In this document: positions 1-8,420 of the stretch, one piece after another | How positions within the stretch are numbered: the first letter of the stretch is position 1 | How the letters are laid out: each line of letters starts with the position of its first letter | Translations under genes and position numbers: made by a program | Virus record (IMG/VR): IMGVR_UViG_2695420456_000020 | Strand: one strand, 5' to 3' | From: a virus | Taxonomy: Duplodnaviria > Heunggongvirae > Uroviricota > Caudoviricetes | DNA: 12,626 nt | Notes under the pieces: model-generated | What the model was told of the DNA's origin: nothing | What the model saw: the letters and a program-made list of their open reading frames with translations, nothing else | The model's database searches: none

Positions 1-669
<669 letters not shown>

Positions 670-866
670 GCAGAAACTCCGTAATGAGATTAAAAGCGCT
701 CATAACTCATCTGTCGGCCAGAAGGCGCGCCTCTGAATTATCCGACGGACAAACCGGGAACAGTGTAATTTCCCGGCAGGAGCGAAAAAATTGAAAGGCG
801 CATCTTACTCTTTTCGCTTTCAAAAAAAAGAGTGGTCATCGCGTTAACACACCGCCCTGAGATGAA

Positions 867-1340
867 TTAGTGATGTTTTGGCTGCACCGCAACATACATT
901 TCGATATCCCAGTACCCATCTTCCGCGCCATTGTTCAAATAAACCTCGAAGCAGGGCTTTGGTAACATTTCATAAGCACTGTCCTGCAAGAGACTATTAA
1001 AGAACTGATACCAGGGTTTAGCAAAATCATCACCGACTACACGAGCTACCGCCACCGCATACTGACCACCTGTAATTTCTGTCAGAATGACGCCCTCACT
1101 GTTTTCGGGAAGCGTAAAGTAACCCGGCACCGTCACGACGGTGTCGCAGCGTAATTTTTCGGCGGGTGTTTCATCTGGATTGTCGTAATAGACAGCAACC
1201 CACTCCTTCGGCACAATATTTTTGCTATCTACCCACATCATCAACTGCTCAAAGCCTTTCTTTACCGTCTGTTCCCACGGGCCAACGAGATGGAAACCTG
1301 CAACGGTACGTTTCTCTTCCTGCTTAATCTCGTAGTTCAT
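867..1340 (-). CDS. sbmC: DNA gyrase inhibitor SbmC/GyrI (157 aa)
   Basis: ATG at 1338-1340 preceded by GGAGG (4 nt spacer); stop at 867-869. Translation [30 protein letters not shown]... matches E. coli SbmC as I recall it. Confidence 0.93.
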   Translation of the reverse strand: MNYEIKQEEKRTVAGFHLVGPWEQTVKKGFEQLMMWVDSKNIVPKEWVAVYYDNPDETPAEKLRCDTVVTVPGYFTLPENSEGVILTEITGGQYAVAVARVVGDDFAKPWYQFFNSLLQDSAYEMLPKPCFEVYLNNGAEDGYWDIEMYVAVQPKHH

Positions 1341-1355
1341 GACGCCTCCATTGAC

Positions 1356-1374
1356 ACTGTTTTTATATACAGTA
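1356..1374 (-). promoter_or_regulatory. LexA (SOS) box upstream of sbmC: actgtttttatatacagta (CTG-N10-CAG)
   Basis: CTG at 1357-1359 and CAG at 1370-1372 with an AT-rich 10-bp spacer, 16-36 bp upstream of the sbmC start. sbmC is a known SOS-regulated gene. Confidence 0.8.
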
Positions 1375-1458
1375 TAGTTGCAAAATTAAAACCACAAGGA
1401 ATGAGTGTTGATTATGCGAGCAGACTCGCACTCCTGCCAGTCTGCTGCAAAAGAAAGG

Positions 1459-2625
1459 TCAGGCCTTATGGTGGAAATAATCACTCAGGCGAGAAAACAT
1501 GCTGCCTTCCCCGACAGATTCCAGGGTAACCAGCGGCCAGTGCGCCACCTGTTTATCACGGTCGTAAAGTTCAATTTCCCCTACCCGCTGATGGGCGCTA
1601 ATTGGCGCGGTGAGTTCTTTACCATCAAGGGTATATTTGGCTTTGATATGTGGAATTTCGGCTTTCGGTAGCACCATCCAGAACTCTTGTTCCGTTCCCA
1701 GGTCGATATTTTCTTTATCGCCATACCAGATGCGTTCCGTTCCGACCTTTTTCCCACGGTGCAAAATTTGCACCGTAGTAAAGTTTTGTTGCCCCCAACG
1801 CAGTAATTTTCTTGCCTCTTCCTCACGACCTTTTGCACTGTCAGCCCCCATTACCACTGCAATGAGACGACGCTGCCCATCTACAGCCGAAGCAATGAGA
1901 TTAAACCCGGCACCAGAAGTATGACCCGTTTTCAGGCCGTCAACATTCATGGTTTTATCCCACAACAACCCGTTACGGTTTTGCTGGGTGATACCGTTCC
2001 AGGTGAGACTTTTCTCACTGTACATATGATAAAACTCGGGCTCGCCGTGGATGATAGCACGAGAAAGCACAGCTAAATCATAAGCCGAGCTATGCTGGCC
2101 AGGTGCATCCAGACCATGCACTGTTTCAAAATGCGTATCCTTGAGATGCAGCTTCTCGGCATAGTTGTTCATCATTTCAACAAACTGCCGTTGCCCACCG
2201 GCAATATAGTCAGCCAGAGCAACACAAGCGTCATTTCCGGAATCCACAATTAAACCACGGCTTAAATCACGTACCGATACGCGATCGCCCTCTTTCAAAA
2301 ACATCAGTGAAGAACCGACAAACACCGGATTATCTTTCGCCCACGCATCGCGCCCCACGGTGACAATATCGTCTGGCGTAATGCGATGACTATCGATAGC
2401 GCGATCCACGACATAACCCGTCATCAGCTTTGTCAGGCTGGCGGGATTGCGCTGTTGATGCTCATTACCCGCGGTGAGGATCTGACCGGTGGTGTAATCC
2501 ATCAATACCCAGGACCCGGCATGAATCTCTGGAGGCTGAGGTGAAAAAGGAATGTTTTCCGCCGCAAAACCAGACGATAAGTTAAAAACGAACAAAGAAG
2601 CAGCAATAATAAGACGGCGTTTCAA
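1459..2625 (-). CDS. dacD: D-alanyl-D-alanine carboxypeptidase DacD (PBP6b), 388 aa
   Basis: Translation contains a signal peptide (KRRLIIAASLFVFNLSSGFA) and the SxxK (SLTK), SGN and KTG motifs of class-C PBPs. Likely TTG start at 2623-2625 (giving the MKRRLII N-terminus) with a GAGG-type SD 8 nt upstream; the six-frame track extends to a second TTG at 2631. Confidence 0.93.
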   Translation of the reverse strand: MKRRLIIAASLFVFNLSSGFAAENIPFSPQPPEIHAGSWVLMDYTTGQILTAGNEHQQRNPASLTKLMTGYVVDRAIDSHRITPDDIVTVGRDAWAKDNPVFVGSSLMFLKEGDRVSVRDLSRGLIVDSGNDACVALADYIAGGQRQFVEMMNNYAEKLHLKDTHFETVHGLDAPGQHSSAYDLAVLSRAIIHGEPEFYHMYSEKSLTWNGITQQNRNGLLWDKTMNVDGLKTGHTSGAGFNLIASAVDGQRRLIAVVMGADSAKGREEEARKLLRWGQQNFTTVQILHRGKKVGTERIWYGDKENIDLGTEQEFWMVLPKAEIPHIKAKYTLDGKELTAPISAHQRVGEIELYDRDKQVAHWPLVTLESVGEGSMFSRLSDYFHHKA

Positions 2626-2833
2626 CAGCAAACCCTCAGGAGTTTCAAATAGCTGTTCTTTTTACGGAAATACTTATGAACTGGCTGGAATAAAGTGCAA
2701 GAAAATGTGACTACCCTCTCATTTTTATCTGACATGATCTGTTGCCACTCGCTGCCAAATTGTGGCGCTAAAGCTGATTAGCACGGTGATATTTGATACT
2801 CTGGCAGACAGCAGAAATAACGGATTTAACCTA

Positions 2834-2896
2834 ATGATGAATGACGGTAAGCAACAATCTACCTTTTTGTTTCACGATTACGCGCAACACCCCTGA
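2834..2896 (+). pseudogene. sbcB: 5' fragment of exonuclease I gene sbcB (first 16 codons MMNDGKQQSTFLFHDY), then a foreign junction and stop after 4 more codons
   Basis: ATGATGAATGACGGTAAGCAACAATCTACCTTTTTGTTTCACGATTAC encodes the ExoI N-terminus as I recall it (MMNDGKQQSTFLFHDYETFG...). From about 2883 the frame reads AQHP then TGA (2894-2896) and unrelated prophage sequence follows. Confidence 0.8.
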
Positions 2897-3251
2897 GAAC
2901 CGCCATGAACAAGGGTTTCATGATTTGTGATTTTAGTTTGGTACGCAATTTGGTACACAACACAATTTTCACTTCAGCGGGTAGTCATCAAACTCACCAT
3001 AACGAGCATCGTTAATGATGTATGTGATCACCACAAATATCACATCTGGACTAGTTCCGTCTTCATGCGCAGGTATCTGTTCACGCCTCCCTTTCTGCAA
3101 ATCCTAAAGATGAGATTTTGGGGTTTTGGGATATCTTTTTATCCTCAGTTCTCTATCAATTCTACAAAGCAGTAATGAACCATCACTATGTGATAGTGAG
3201 GCATCCGCTACATTAAGCGCAGAGAAATGATGCAGTGGTGGGCAGACTGGC

Positions 3252-3279
3252 TTGATGAAAAGGTGGAGTGATCCACCTT
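3252..3279 (-). terminator. Rho-independent terminator downstream of the tailspike gene
   Basis: Inverted repeat aaggtgga (3260-3267) / tccacctt (3272-3279) with loop gtga; on the minus strand the stem is followed by a T-rich tract (ttttcatc). Confidence 0.55.
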
Positions 3280-3422
3280 AACCACTATCGAAGAGCACAA
3301 AGCCTTGCAATCCAGTGCAAAGCTTTGTGTGTCTCAGTTTTGTCTCATCAACCACCGCAAGTCATCGATCGATTGACACTTGGATGATAGACTTCATGCT
3401 TTTTATGGCTAATTTCTGAATT

Positions 3423-5654
3423 TTAAATGGAAATCCTTGCGCTTATATACGCGCTATTTCTTATTTCAGGCTGCTTATTGGATGGATTTAAATTCATAGA
3501 TACACCATTTGTTCCAGTAATTATATTAAGTGTTCCTGATGACAAATCTATTGATGTAGCGGTGATTCCCACAGACTCAGTTGGAGATATATATGCTACA
3601 TTCAATTGTTCAGAACCTGTTATTTTTGAGCGTTCATTAGATATAAAAAAATCCACCTTAGCCCCACTTGTTTCACTTCCATTTTTCTTCAAATTGAACG
3701 TTGACTTGTAAATATTTCCTCTGTATACCTGCCTTCTATATTGACCATTTATTGACACTGGTTGATTGAAATTTGTCATATCAGAAATTGGGTACGTTTC
3801 ATACATATGCGCCCCTTGCGTGCCTATAAATGTTTGGTTAAATCTACCATGAGAGCCTGATACAACTATCATGTCATATCCTTCAATCCACCCTTCTTTG
3901 TGATTTATTGCATATCTAGGAATATCTCCAAAGAAAGCATTTCCATTAATATGGATTGATGACGCCTTATCAATGCTGGAAGGTTCAGGGGTGATTAGTA
4001 TCAACGAAATAACTGAAGATGATACGTCAGGTGTTGCACCACATGTTCTAGAGATATTGTTATCACTTACCTTAGCACTACCATTTTTCCAAACTGATAT
4101 CACCGAACACCCTGAAGAAAATTCATTATCAGAATATATCTCAACTATATTATCACTACATACAACAGATCGCCAACCAGCAACAACAACACCTTGAACA
4201 AATGTTCCAGATGAAGGCGATGTTAGAAAGAATTTATTTCCTATTATTGTTACATCATCATGAGGAAACTTCGTTCCAGTATAATTACCATTAGTCCCAA
4301 ACCATGCACCAATCCTAGCATAACCTCTTATAATATTATTACTAAAAGAAATACCAATAAGTTTTTCGTTATTCCCAAGACAATAAAGATTAACACCTCT
4401 TGAATTTATATTATTTGTTAGTATTTGATTGTTATTTATGCTCAAATTGATAATGGTAGCTGTTGTTGAGTTACAACCAATAACTGATGAGTCTTGAAAA
4501 TATGCCCCATCAAGTATGTTATCAGAAATAATAATATTTCTATATACTCCCCCAGCATGTCCTATTTCAATTTGCAAATTTGAGCTTTTGTTTTGAAGTT
4601 TATTTCCGCTAATAATTATATTTGTGCTAGGTGTGCCATCAACTTTAATTCCAAGTATTGCGTTTGGTTGAGCGGAATCAATCTGTATATCACAATTCCA
4701 CGTAATATGGTCCACCTCCATATCACACGACCCGTGACAGTCTTTGACTGTTACATCGGTTGATCCTGCAATATCAACAAAATGTTGATCATGTCTCCCT
4801 TGCTCCACTCTCTCTATAGTTACATTTTTGCTATGACCTAAACCGATTAAATCACCATAATCCCTTGTTGGGGTTGCGCTACCGTCAGTGATTGTAAAAT
4901 CTCTAAAAACAATATTGCCGGCAGCTCCATAGCCAGTTCTAGTATCATAATATTTATTTGTTATCAAGACACCATCCATCCCCCTCTCAGTGGGTAGTCT
5001 CTGAATGATGGTAGATCCAGCACCAGCCCCACAGAAAGTTACGTTAGCGGGAACTCTAATGCATGAATAATTATGACCTGATTTTTCAATGCTGACGTAA
5101 TATTTACCTGGAGGAAGATAAATAATCCCACCACCTAGAGACTCAAGATAGTCCAATGCAGAGTTAATTGCTATTGTTGAATCATTTGACTTTCCAGATT
5201 CACCAAACATTTGTGGTGTAACTACAATAAAAGAATCAATCAACTGCTGAATTGTTAGTCCAGACGAAGTACCAACATGCCCCGCACCATAATTTGACTC
5301 TATTATTGTTCTAAACTGATCAGGGTCATACTTCAGCACATTAGGAAAATAGAACTGCTGCGCACCGTATGCATCATAAACAGCCATTGAATGGCCTTGC
5401 ACAGTTACGAACTTGGCAATCTGTCCGTTATATACAGGATACCCGCCAGAGTTAATGATGATTGGCTGTGCAACAGGAACGTGAGAGCCGTCTTCGTTCT
5501 CCACATAAACCTGAATCTGGTTTTCAGGGTTTACCGGGTCAGTGTCAATTTTACCGATATAAATTTTGCCATTAGCTACGGCTTTAAAAGAACGCGCCAT
5601 AGTGAAGAGTTGCGAAGGCATCCCAATTACAACATTTGGAGTTATATCAGGCAT
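3423..5654 (-). CDS. Tailspike protein (743 aa): P22-gp9-like head-binding N-domain fused to a pectate-lyase-like right-handed beta-helix receptor-binding domain
   Basis: Start ATG at 5652-5654 with AGGA 8 nt upstream. N-terminus [43 protein letters not shown]...[10 protein letters not shown] aligns with the P22 tailspike head-binding domain ([43 protein letters not shown]...). After about residue 113 the sequence has a pectate-lyase-3-type start ([30 protein letters not shown]) and repeated N/D-x-I beta-helix rungs. The track ORF begins at an upstream TTG (5807), which I treat as non-coding. Confidence 0.9.
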   Translation of the reverse strand: MPDITPNVVIGMPSQLFTMARSFKAVANGKIYIGKIDTDPVNPENQIQVYVENEDGSHVPVAQPIIINSGGYPVYNGQIAKFVTVQGHSMAVYDAYGAQQFYFPNVLKYDPDQFRTIIESNYGAGHVGTSSGLTIQQLIDSFIVVTPQMFGESGKSNDSTIAINSALDYLESLGGGIIYLPPGKYYVSIEKSGHNYSCIRVPANVTFCGAGAGSTIIQRLPTERGMDGVLITNKYYDTRTGYGAAGNIVFRDFTITDGSATPTRDYGDLIGLGHSKNVTIERVEQGRHDQHFVDIAGSTDVTVKDCHGSCDMEVDHITWNCDIQIDSAQPNAILGIKVDGTPSTNIIISGNKLQNKSSNLQIEIGHAGGVYRNIIISDNILDGAYFQDSSVIGCNSTTATIINLSINNNQILTNNINSRGVNLYCLGNNEKLIGISFSNNIIRGYARIGAWFGTNGNYTGTKFPHDDVTIIGNKFFLTSPSSGTFVQGVVVAGWRSVVCSDNIVEIYSDNEFSSGCSVISVWKNGSAKVSDNNISRTCGATPDVSSSVISLILITPEPSSIDKASSIHINGNAFFGDIPRYAINHKEGWIEGYDMIVVSGSHGRFNQTFIGTQGAHMYETYPISDMTNFNQPVSINGQYRRQVYRGNIYKSTFNLKKNGSETSGAKVDFFISNERSKITGSEQLNVAYISPTESVGITATSIDLSSGTLNIITGTNGVSMNLNPSNKQPEIRNSAYISARISI

Positions 5655-6065
5655 ATTAGTCATCCTGTTTGAAAATTTAGATATTGAAGAAAACGGAATG
5701 ACTGCAGACAAAGATGCAATTGTTTTGAAAAATAATCTTCTATTCACTTTAAAACCATGCAATATGAACAAAATAATTATTTTACAACAGACAAGAATCT
5801 TGATCAACAGACATATGCTTTATGCGTTTAATGCGTCACTTAAAAATAACAAGTACTACTTTTATTCCTATCGTCCATGATTTTCATTTTCAAATATTAT
5901 TAAATAACAATTCCTATTTATAATATCTGTCATTTAATTTGCTCCAGATACAAGGAATCGCCGCAGCATGGCTACGGTTGGTATTTGTTTGGTTTTTGAA
6001 CTACGAAAATTTCGTAGTGCTATCCATCAAGGCCATCGCCGCTTAGTTGCTGCGGTGAATTTTGG

Positions 6066-6091
6066 GCATAAAAAACCCAGCCGAAGCTGGG
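6066..6091 (-). terminator. Rho-independent terminator directly downstream of ant
   Basis: cccagc (6076-6081) / gctggg (6086-6091) stem with loop cgaa; on the minus strand it is followed by TTTTTT (A-run 6070-6075 on plus), 20 nt after the ant stop. Confidence 0.7.
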
Positions 6092-6110
6092 TCGTTGCGT
6101 TGGTTATCTG

Positions 6111-7046
6111 TCAGTAGTTATGTACTGAAGGAGGTAATTCTTTATTCTTAAGTCTCATCCATGCGGAAAGATTCGTTGGTCCGTCTGGCTCATTGATATC
6201 AACATCTCGTGTGTGATTGATTAAAACGTCTCTCGCCATATCGATAATACGGGAGAACTCATAACCGCAGTCATGACATCTTCCTGAATAGTTCGATTGA
6301 ATTTGTTTCAGCGCCGGATACAGTTCGCGGAATAATGCCTGTGAGCGGTTGGCATAATCCCATAACCATACAAGGCTGTTTGCTTCTTTTGCAGAAAGCT
6401 CGTTTGCTTTCTTCTCTTGTTTGCCGATGAACTCACCTTCAAGTGGAACTCGAGCTGCAAGTGACAGTGCTTCGGTAAACTGCTCCTCACTGATTTCTTT
6501 GTACGAACATCCAAAATGGGATTTAAGTGACGACCACATGGTGATCATCGCCTTAGCCTGTTTTTCTTTTGGCAGATACTGACCGCGACTCATGACGAGT
6601 TGTTTAATGGCTTCCTGCTGTTCAGTGGTGATTTTACCCGGCAACGCTTTTTTAGCTTTGCGTGGGTTAACTACATGGCCTTTAGTCCAGTAGTCATGCA
6701 GCACGCTAAAGCATTCCTCCTGGTACTGAATCAGTTTATCGCGGATGTCAGCTCGAACTTTCTCAGGGTTGATGCTGAACAGCCATCCATTTAACTTCTT
6801 CAAAGGAAGGCAGAGTAGCTTACGAAGCTTCCCATCAGCGGCAACCATATTCATATGAATACAGTTGAACTTATCTAGTTGTTTCATAAGTTTTTGTTGC
6901 TGAGTACCCCAACTCATTCCAAGGTTTTCAACGATTGGCTTCATCGCAACGTATGCAACTCCGGCAGCCATGGCGGTGATAATTTGCTGACCGTTGAATG
7001 GTACGTAAGAGGTGTTCACTGCTTCTAAAATTGCTATACTATTCAT
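6111..7046 (-). CDS. ant: Antirepressor Ant (311 aa), P22 Ant-like
   Basis: ATG at 7044-7046 with GGAG 10 nt upstream. Translation [43 protein letters not shown]... matches P22 antirepressor as recalled, and the gene sits immediately downstream of arc. The track ORF extends upstream to 7112, which I treat as non-coding. Confidence 0.88.
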   Translation of the reverse strand: MNSIAILEAVNTSYVPFNGQQIITAMAAGVAYVAMKPIVENLGMSWGTQQQKLMKQLDKFNCIHMNMVAADGKLRKLLCLPLKKLNGWLFSINPEKVRADIRDKLIQYQEECFSVLHDYWTKGHVVNPRKAKKALPGKITTEQQEAIKQLVMSRGQYLPKEKQAKAMITMWSSLKSHFGCSYKEISEEQFTEALSLAARVPLEGEFIGKQEKKANELSAKEANSLVWLWDYANRSQALFRELYPALKQIQSNYSGRCHDCGYEFSRIIDMARDVLINHTRDVDINEPDGPTNLSAWMRLKNKELPPSVHNY

Positions 7047-7115
7047 GTTGGTTTTTCTCCACGGATTTACTGACAACCGAAGCCCTGACTGTTCCCGCAG
7101 TTGGGGCTTCAACTT
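7047..7115 (+). ncRNA. sar: Candidate sar-like antisense RNA (antisense to the ant ribosome-binding site and arc-ant spacer); ends approximate
   Basis: P22 makes a ~69-nt antisense RNA from a promoter inside the 5' end of ant, reading toward arc. Here a plus-strand -10-like TATACT (7035-7040) lies just inside ant, and a stem gaagccc (7079-7085) / gggcttc (7104-7110) lies in the arc-ant spacer. Inferred from position only; the 3' T-tract is weak. Confidence 0.35.
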
Positions 7116-7276
7116 TACGCGCCAATGCGCCCTTCCTTCTTAAAGCTTTCCATTACTCTCTGATAAATCTCAGAGTTAACAGACCGACCATTCTCTTCCG
7201 CCACCTTGCGTACCAAATCCAATACTTCTTTAGGCCACCGCAAATTGAACTGCGGCATCTTGCTCATTCCTTTCAT
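7115..7276 (-). CDS. arc: Arc repressor (53 aa, ribbon-helix-helix)
   Basis: Translation [53 protein letters not shown] is near-identical to P22 Arc as recalled. ATG at 7274-7276 with GAGGTG 3 nt upstream; stop at 7115-7117. Confidence 0.95.
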   Translation of the reverse strand: MKGMSKMPQFNLRWPKEVLDLVRKVAEENGRSVNSEIYQRVMESFKKEGRIGA

Positions 7277-7290
7277 ATTCACCTCACAAT

Positions 7291-7311
7291 ATAGGTCCAC
7301 CGTGGACCTAT
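7291..7311. promoter_or_regulatory. Mnt operator (Omnt): perfect palindrome ataggtccaccgtggacctat
   Basis: Perfect 10-bp arms around a central C, identical to the P22 mnt operator core (AGGTCCACGGTGGACCT on the other strand), lying between the Pant -10 and the arc start. Confidence 0.9.
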
Positions 7312-7339
7312 TGAGAATATAGTAGAGTGCTTCTATCAT
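7311..7339 (+). promoter_or_regulatory. Candidate Pmnt promoter (-35 TTGAGA 7311-7316, 17-bp spacer, -10 TATCAT 7334-7339), overlapping and divergent from Pant
   Basis: Hexamers with correct spacing read directly from the plus strand, 28 bp upstream of the mnt ATG; P22 has overlapping divergent Pant/Pmnt promoters. Confidence 0.6.
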
Positions 7340-7344
7340 GTCAA
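7316..7344 (-). promoter_or_regulatory. Pant promoter (-35 TTGACA, 17-bp spacer, -10 TATATT on the minus strand) with the Arc operator (7319-7339) embedded in the spacer
   Basis: Minus strand reads TTGACA (rc of 7339-7344), 17 bp, TATATT (rc of 7316-7321). The sequence between them, ATGATAGAAGCACTCTACTAT (rc of 7319-7339), equals the P22 arc operator as recalled. Confidence 0.85.
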
Positions 7345-7366
7345 TACACTAACTTGGAGTGATGGC

Positions 7367-7621
7367 ATGGCTAGAGATGATCCGCACTTTAACTTCCGTA
7401 TGCCTATGGAAGTAAGGGAGAAATTAAAATTCAGGGCGGAGGCGAATGGGAGATCAATGAACTCCGAGTTGTTACAAATCGTCCAAGATGCTCTATCAAA
7501 ACCATCGCCTGTGACTGGCTATCGCGACGAAGCTGAACGCTTGGCTGATCAGCAGGCAGAGCAGTTCAAGACTGTTGTGTTTGAGACACTTAAAAAGATT
7601 TATGGCAAGGATGATAAATAA
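7367..7621 (+). CDS. mnt: Mnt repressor (84 aa, ribbon-helix-helix; maintenance of ant repression)
   Basis: Translation MARDDPHFNFRMPMEVREKLKFRAEANGRSMNSELLQIVQDALSKPSPVTGYR... matches P22 Mnt as recalled. ATG at 7367 with GGAG 7 nt upstream; stop TAA at 7619-7621. Confidence 0.95.
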   Translation: MARDDPHFNFRMPMEVREKLKFRAEANGRSMNSELLQIVQDALSKPSPVTGYRDEAERLADQQAEQFKTVVFETLKKIYGKDDK

Positions 7622-8157
7622 TGCTGCACACAATTCATTTCTTATGCCCCGTTAACACCGCCACTGTTGGGCAACTTCAGAACCACTGTCTCACCGCATT
7701 ATCTCAAGGCGCAACTGAATTAAATATCCATATATCAAGTCAGGGAGGGGAAACTGCCGCTGGTTTTACTGCGTATAACTTTCTTAAGTCACTCCCTGTT
7801 ACCGTTAGAACTCACAACATAAGCAATGTTGAATCCATAGCTAATATCGTTTTCCTGGCTGGCTCAGAACGTTTCGCAAACCCATTATCAAGATTCCTGT
7901 TACATCCTCTATTATGGGGCTTTGCCACCCCAGCCGCCGACCATGCCAGATTGAGAGAGTACGGGAAATGCCTCGATAACGATCTTGATCGCTTCGTTGA
8001 GACGTTCAATATCGACATCGGAACCCATATTAGGTGGGCATCCCTGATAGCAGACTCGACCATTTTGGATGCTAACAAGGCTCTTGAGCATGGCATAATT
8101 AATTCCATAAAAACTGCAAGGCTGGTATCCAATCAGGCAAACTGGTGGGTTGTTTGA
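7621..8157 (+). CDS. Compact ClpP-fold (S14-like) serine peptidase, 178 aa, translationally coupled to mnt
   Basis: ATG at 7621-7623 overlaps the mnt stop (TAATG). The translation aligns by eye with ClpP: ISSQGGETAAG vs INSPGGSVTAG, Ser72 in NVESIAN vs GQAASMG, His95 in RFLLHPL vs RVMIHQP, Asp150 in ADSTILDANKALEHGIINSI. It lacks the ClpP N-terminal region. Confidence 0.75.
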   Translation: MLHTIHFLCPVNTATVGQLQNHCLTALSQGATELNIHISSQGGETAAGFTAYNFLKSLPVTVRTHNISNVESIANIVFLAGSERFANPLSRFLLHPLLWGFATPAADHARLREYGKCLDNDLDRFVETFNIDIGTHIRWASLIADSTILDANKALEHGIINSIKTARLVSNQANWWVV

Positions 8158-8234
8158 TGGGTAAATCATGATTACTCCTATGGCCGGAAAGATTCGCATC
8201 CTTAAATTTAGTGAGCAAGGATTACCATCACACC

Positions 8235-8420
8235 TTAACAGCCTCCGCGTCCACGAGTAATTCTGTCGCGGATTTGCTTCTTACGGTGGTTTAGGCTTGA
8301 TAGCTTGGCTTCTGCTTCTGATATTTGCGCATCTAGATCTTTAAGCTCAAGATCTGAAAGTCGCTGGTCAAGCAGGGTTTGATTCAACTCAATGTTGTTC
8401 AGGCGTTCTTCTATGGTCAT
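8235..8420 (-). CDS. Small coiled-coil protein (61 aa), function unknown
   Basis: ATG at 8418-8420 with AGGAG 5 nt upstream. Translation MTIEERLNNIELNQTLLDQRLSDLELKDLDAQISEAEAKLSSLNHRKKQIRDRITRGRGGC has heptad-like leucine spacing. No homolog recognised. Confidence 0.5.
   Translation of the reverse strand: MTIEERLNNIELNQTLLDQRLSDLELKDLDAQISEAEAKLSSLNHRKKQIRDRITRGRGGC

Noticed and set aside
781-866. AT-rich inverted repeat (actctttt...aaaagagt) between sbmC and yeeA as a possible terminator
   Set aside because: The stem is almost entirely A/T and no GC-rich hairpin followed by a T-tract could be identified on the minus strand; not convincing as an intrinsic terminator.
1290-1924. Plus and minus ORFs overlapping sbmC/dacD (1290-1529, 1405-1671, 1581-1838, 1610-1924)
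   Set aside because: They overlap the well-supported dacD and sbmC frames in other frames or strands and have no motifs; spurious.
2927-3175. Plus-strand ORF of 82 aa in the prophage terminal arm
   Set aside because: No SD, odd composition (W/F/Y-rich, low complexity), and it lies in a region dense with repeats and palindromes typical of an att arm; more likely non-coding.
5655-5807. N-terminal 51-codon extension of the tailspike ORF in the six-frame track ([20 protein letters not shown]...)
   Set aside because: The extension starts at a TTG, is extremely AT-rich and hydrophobic with no SD, whereas homology to the P22 tailspike begins exactly at the internal ATG (5654), which has an AGGA SD.
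7047-7112. Upstream extension of the ant ORF ([22 protein letters not shown]...) and the analogous 21-codon extension of arc (7277-7339)
   Set aside because: Both extensions run through the intercistronic spacer or the operator/promoter region. The conserved Ant and Arc N-termini start at the internal ATGs, which have SD sequences, and the arc extension would overlie Omnt and the Pant -10.
7912-8199. Minus-strand ORF antisense to the ClpP-like gene (95 aa in track; 85 aa from ATG 8169 with a strong SD)
   Set aside because: It overlaps a gene with clear conserved protease motifs, and its translation (MIYPSNNPPVCLIGYQPCSFYG...) has no recognisable features. Kept only as part of the repeat finding because of the duplicated SD-ATG motif.
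8168-8261. 30-codon plus-strand ORF starting within the first copy of the 14-bp repeat
   Set aside because: Too short, weak SD, and it overlaps the 3' end of the coiled-coil gene on the opposite strand; no supporting features.
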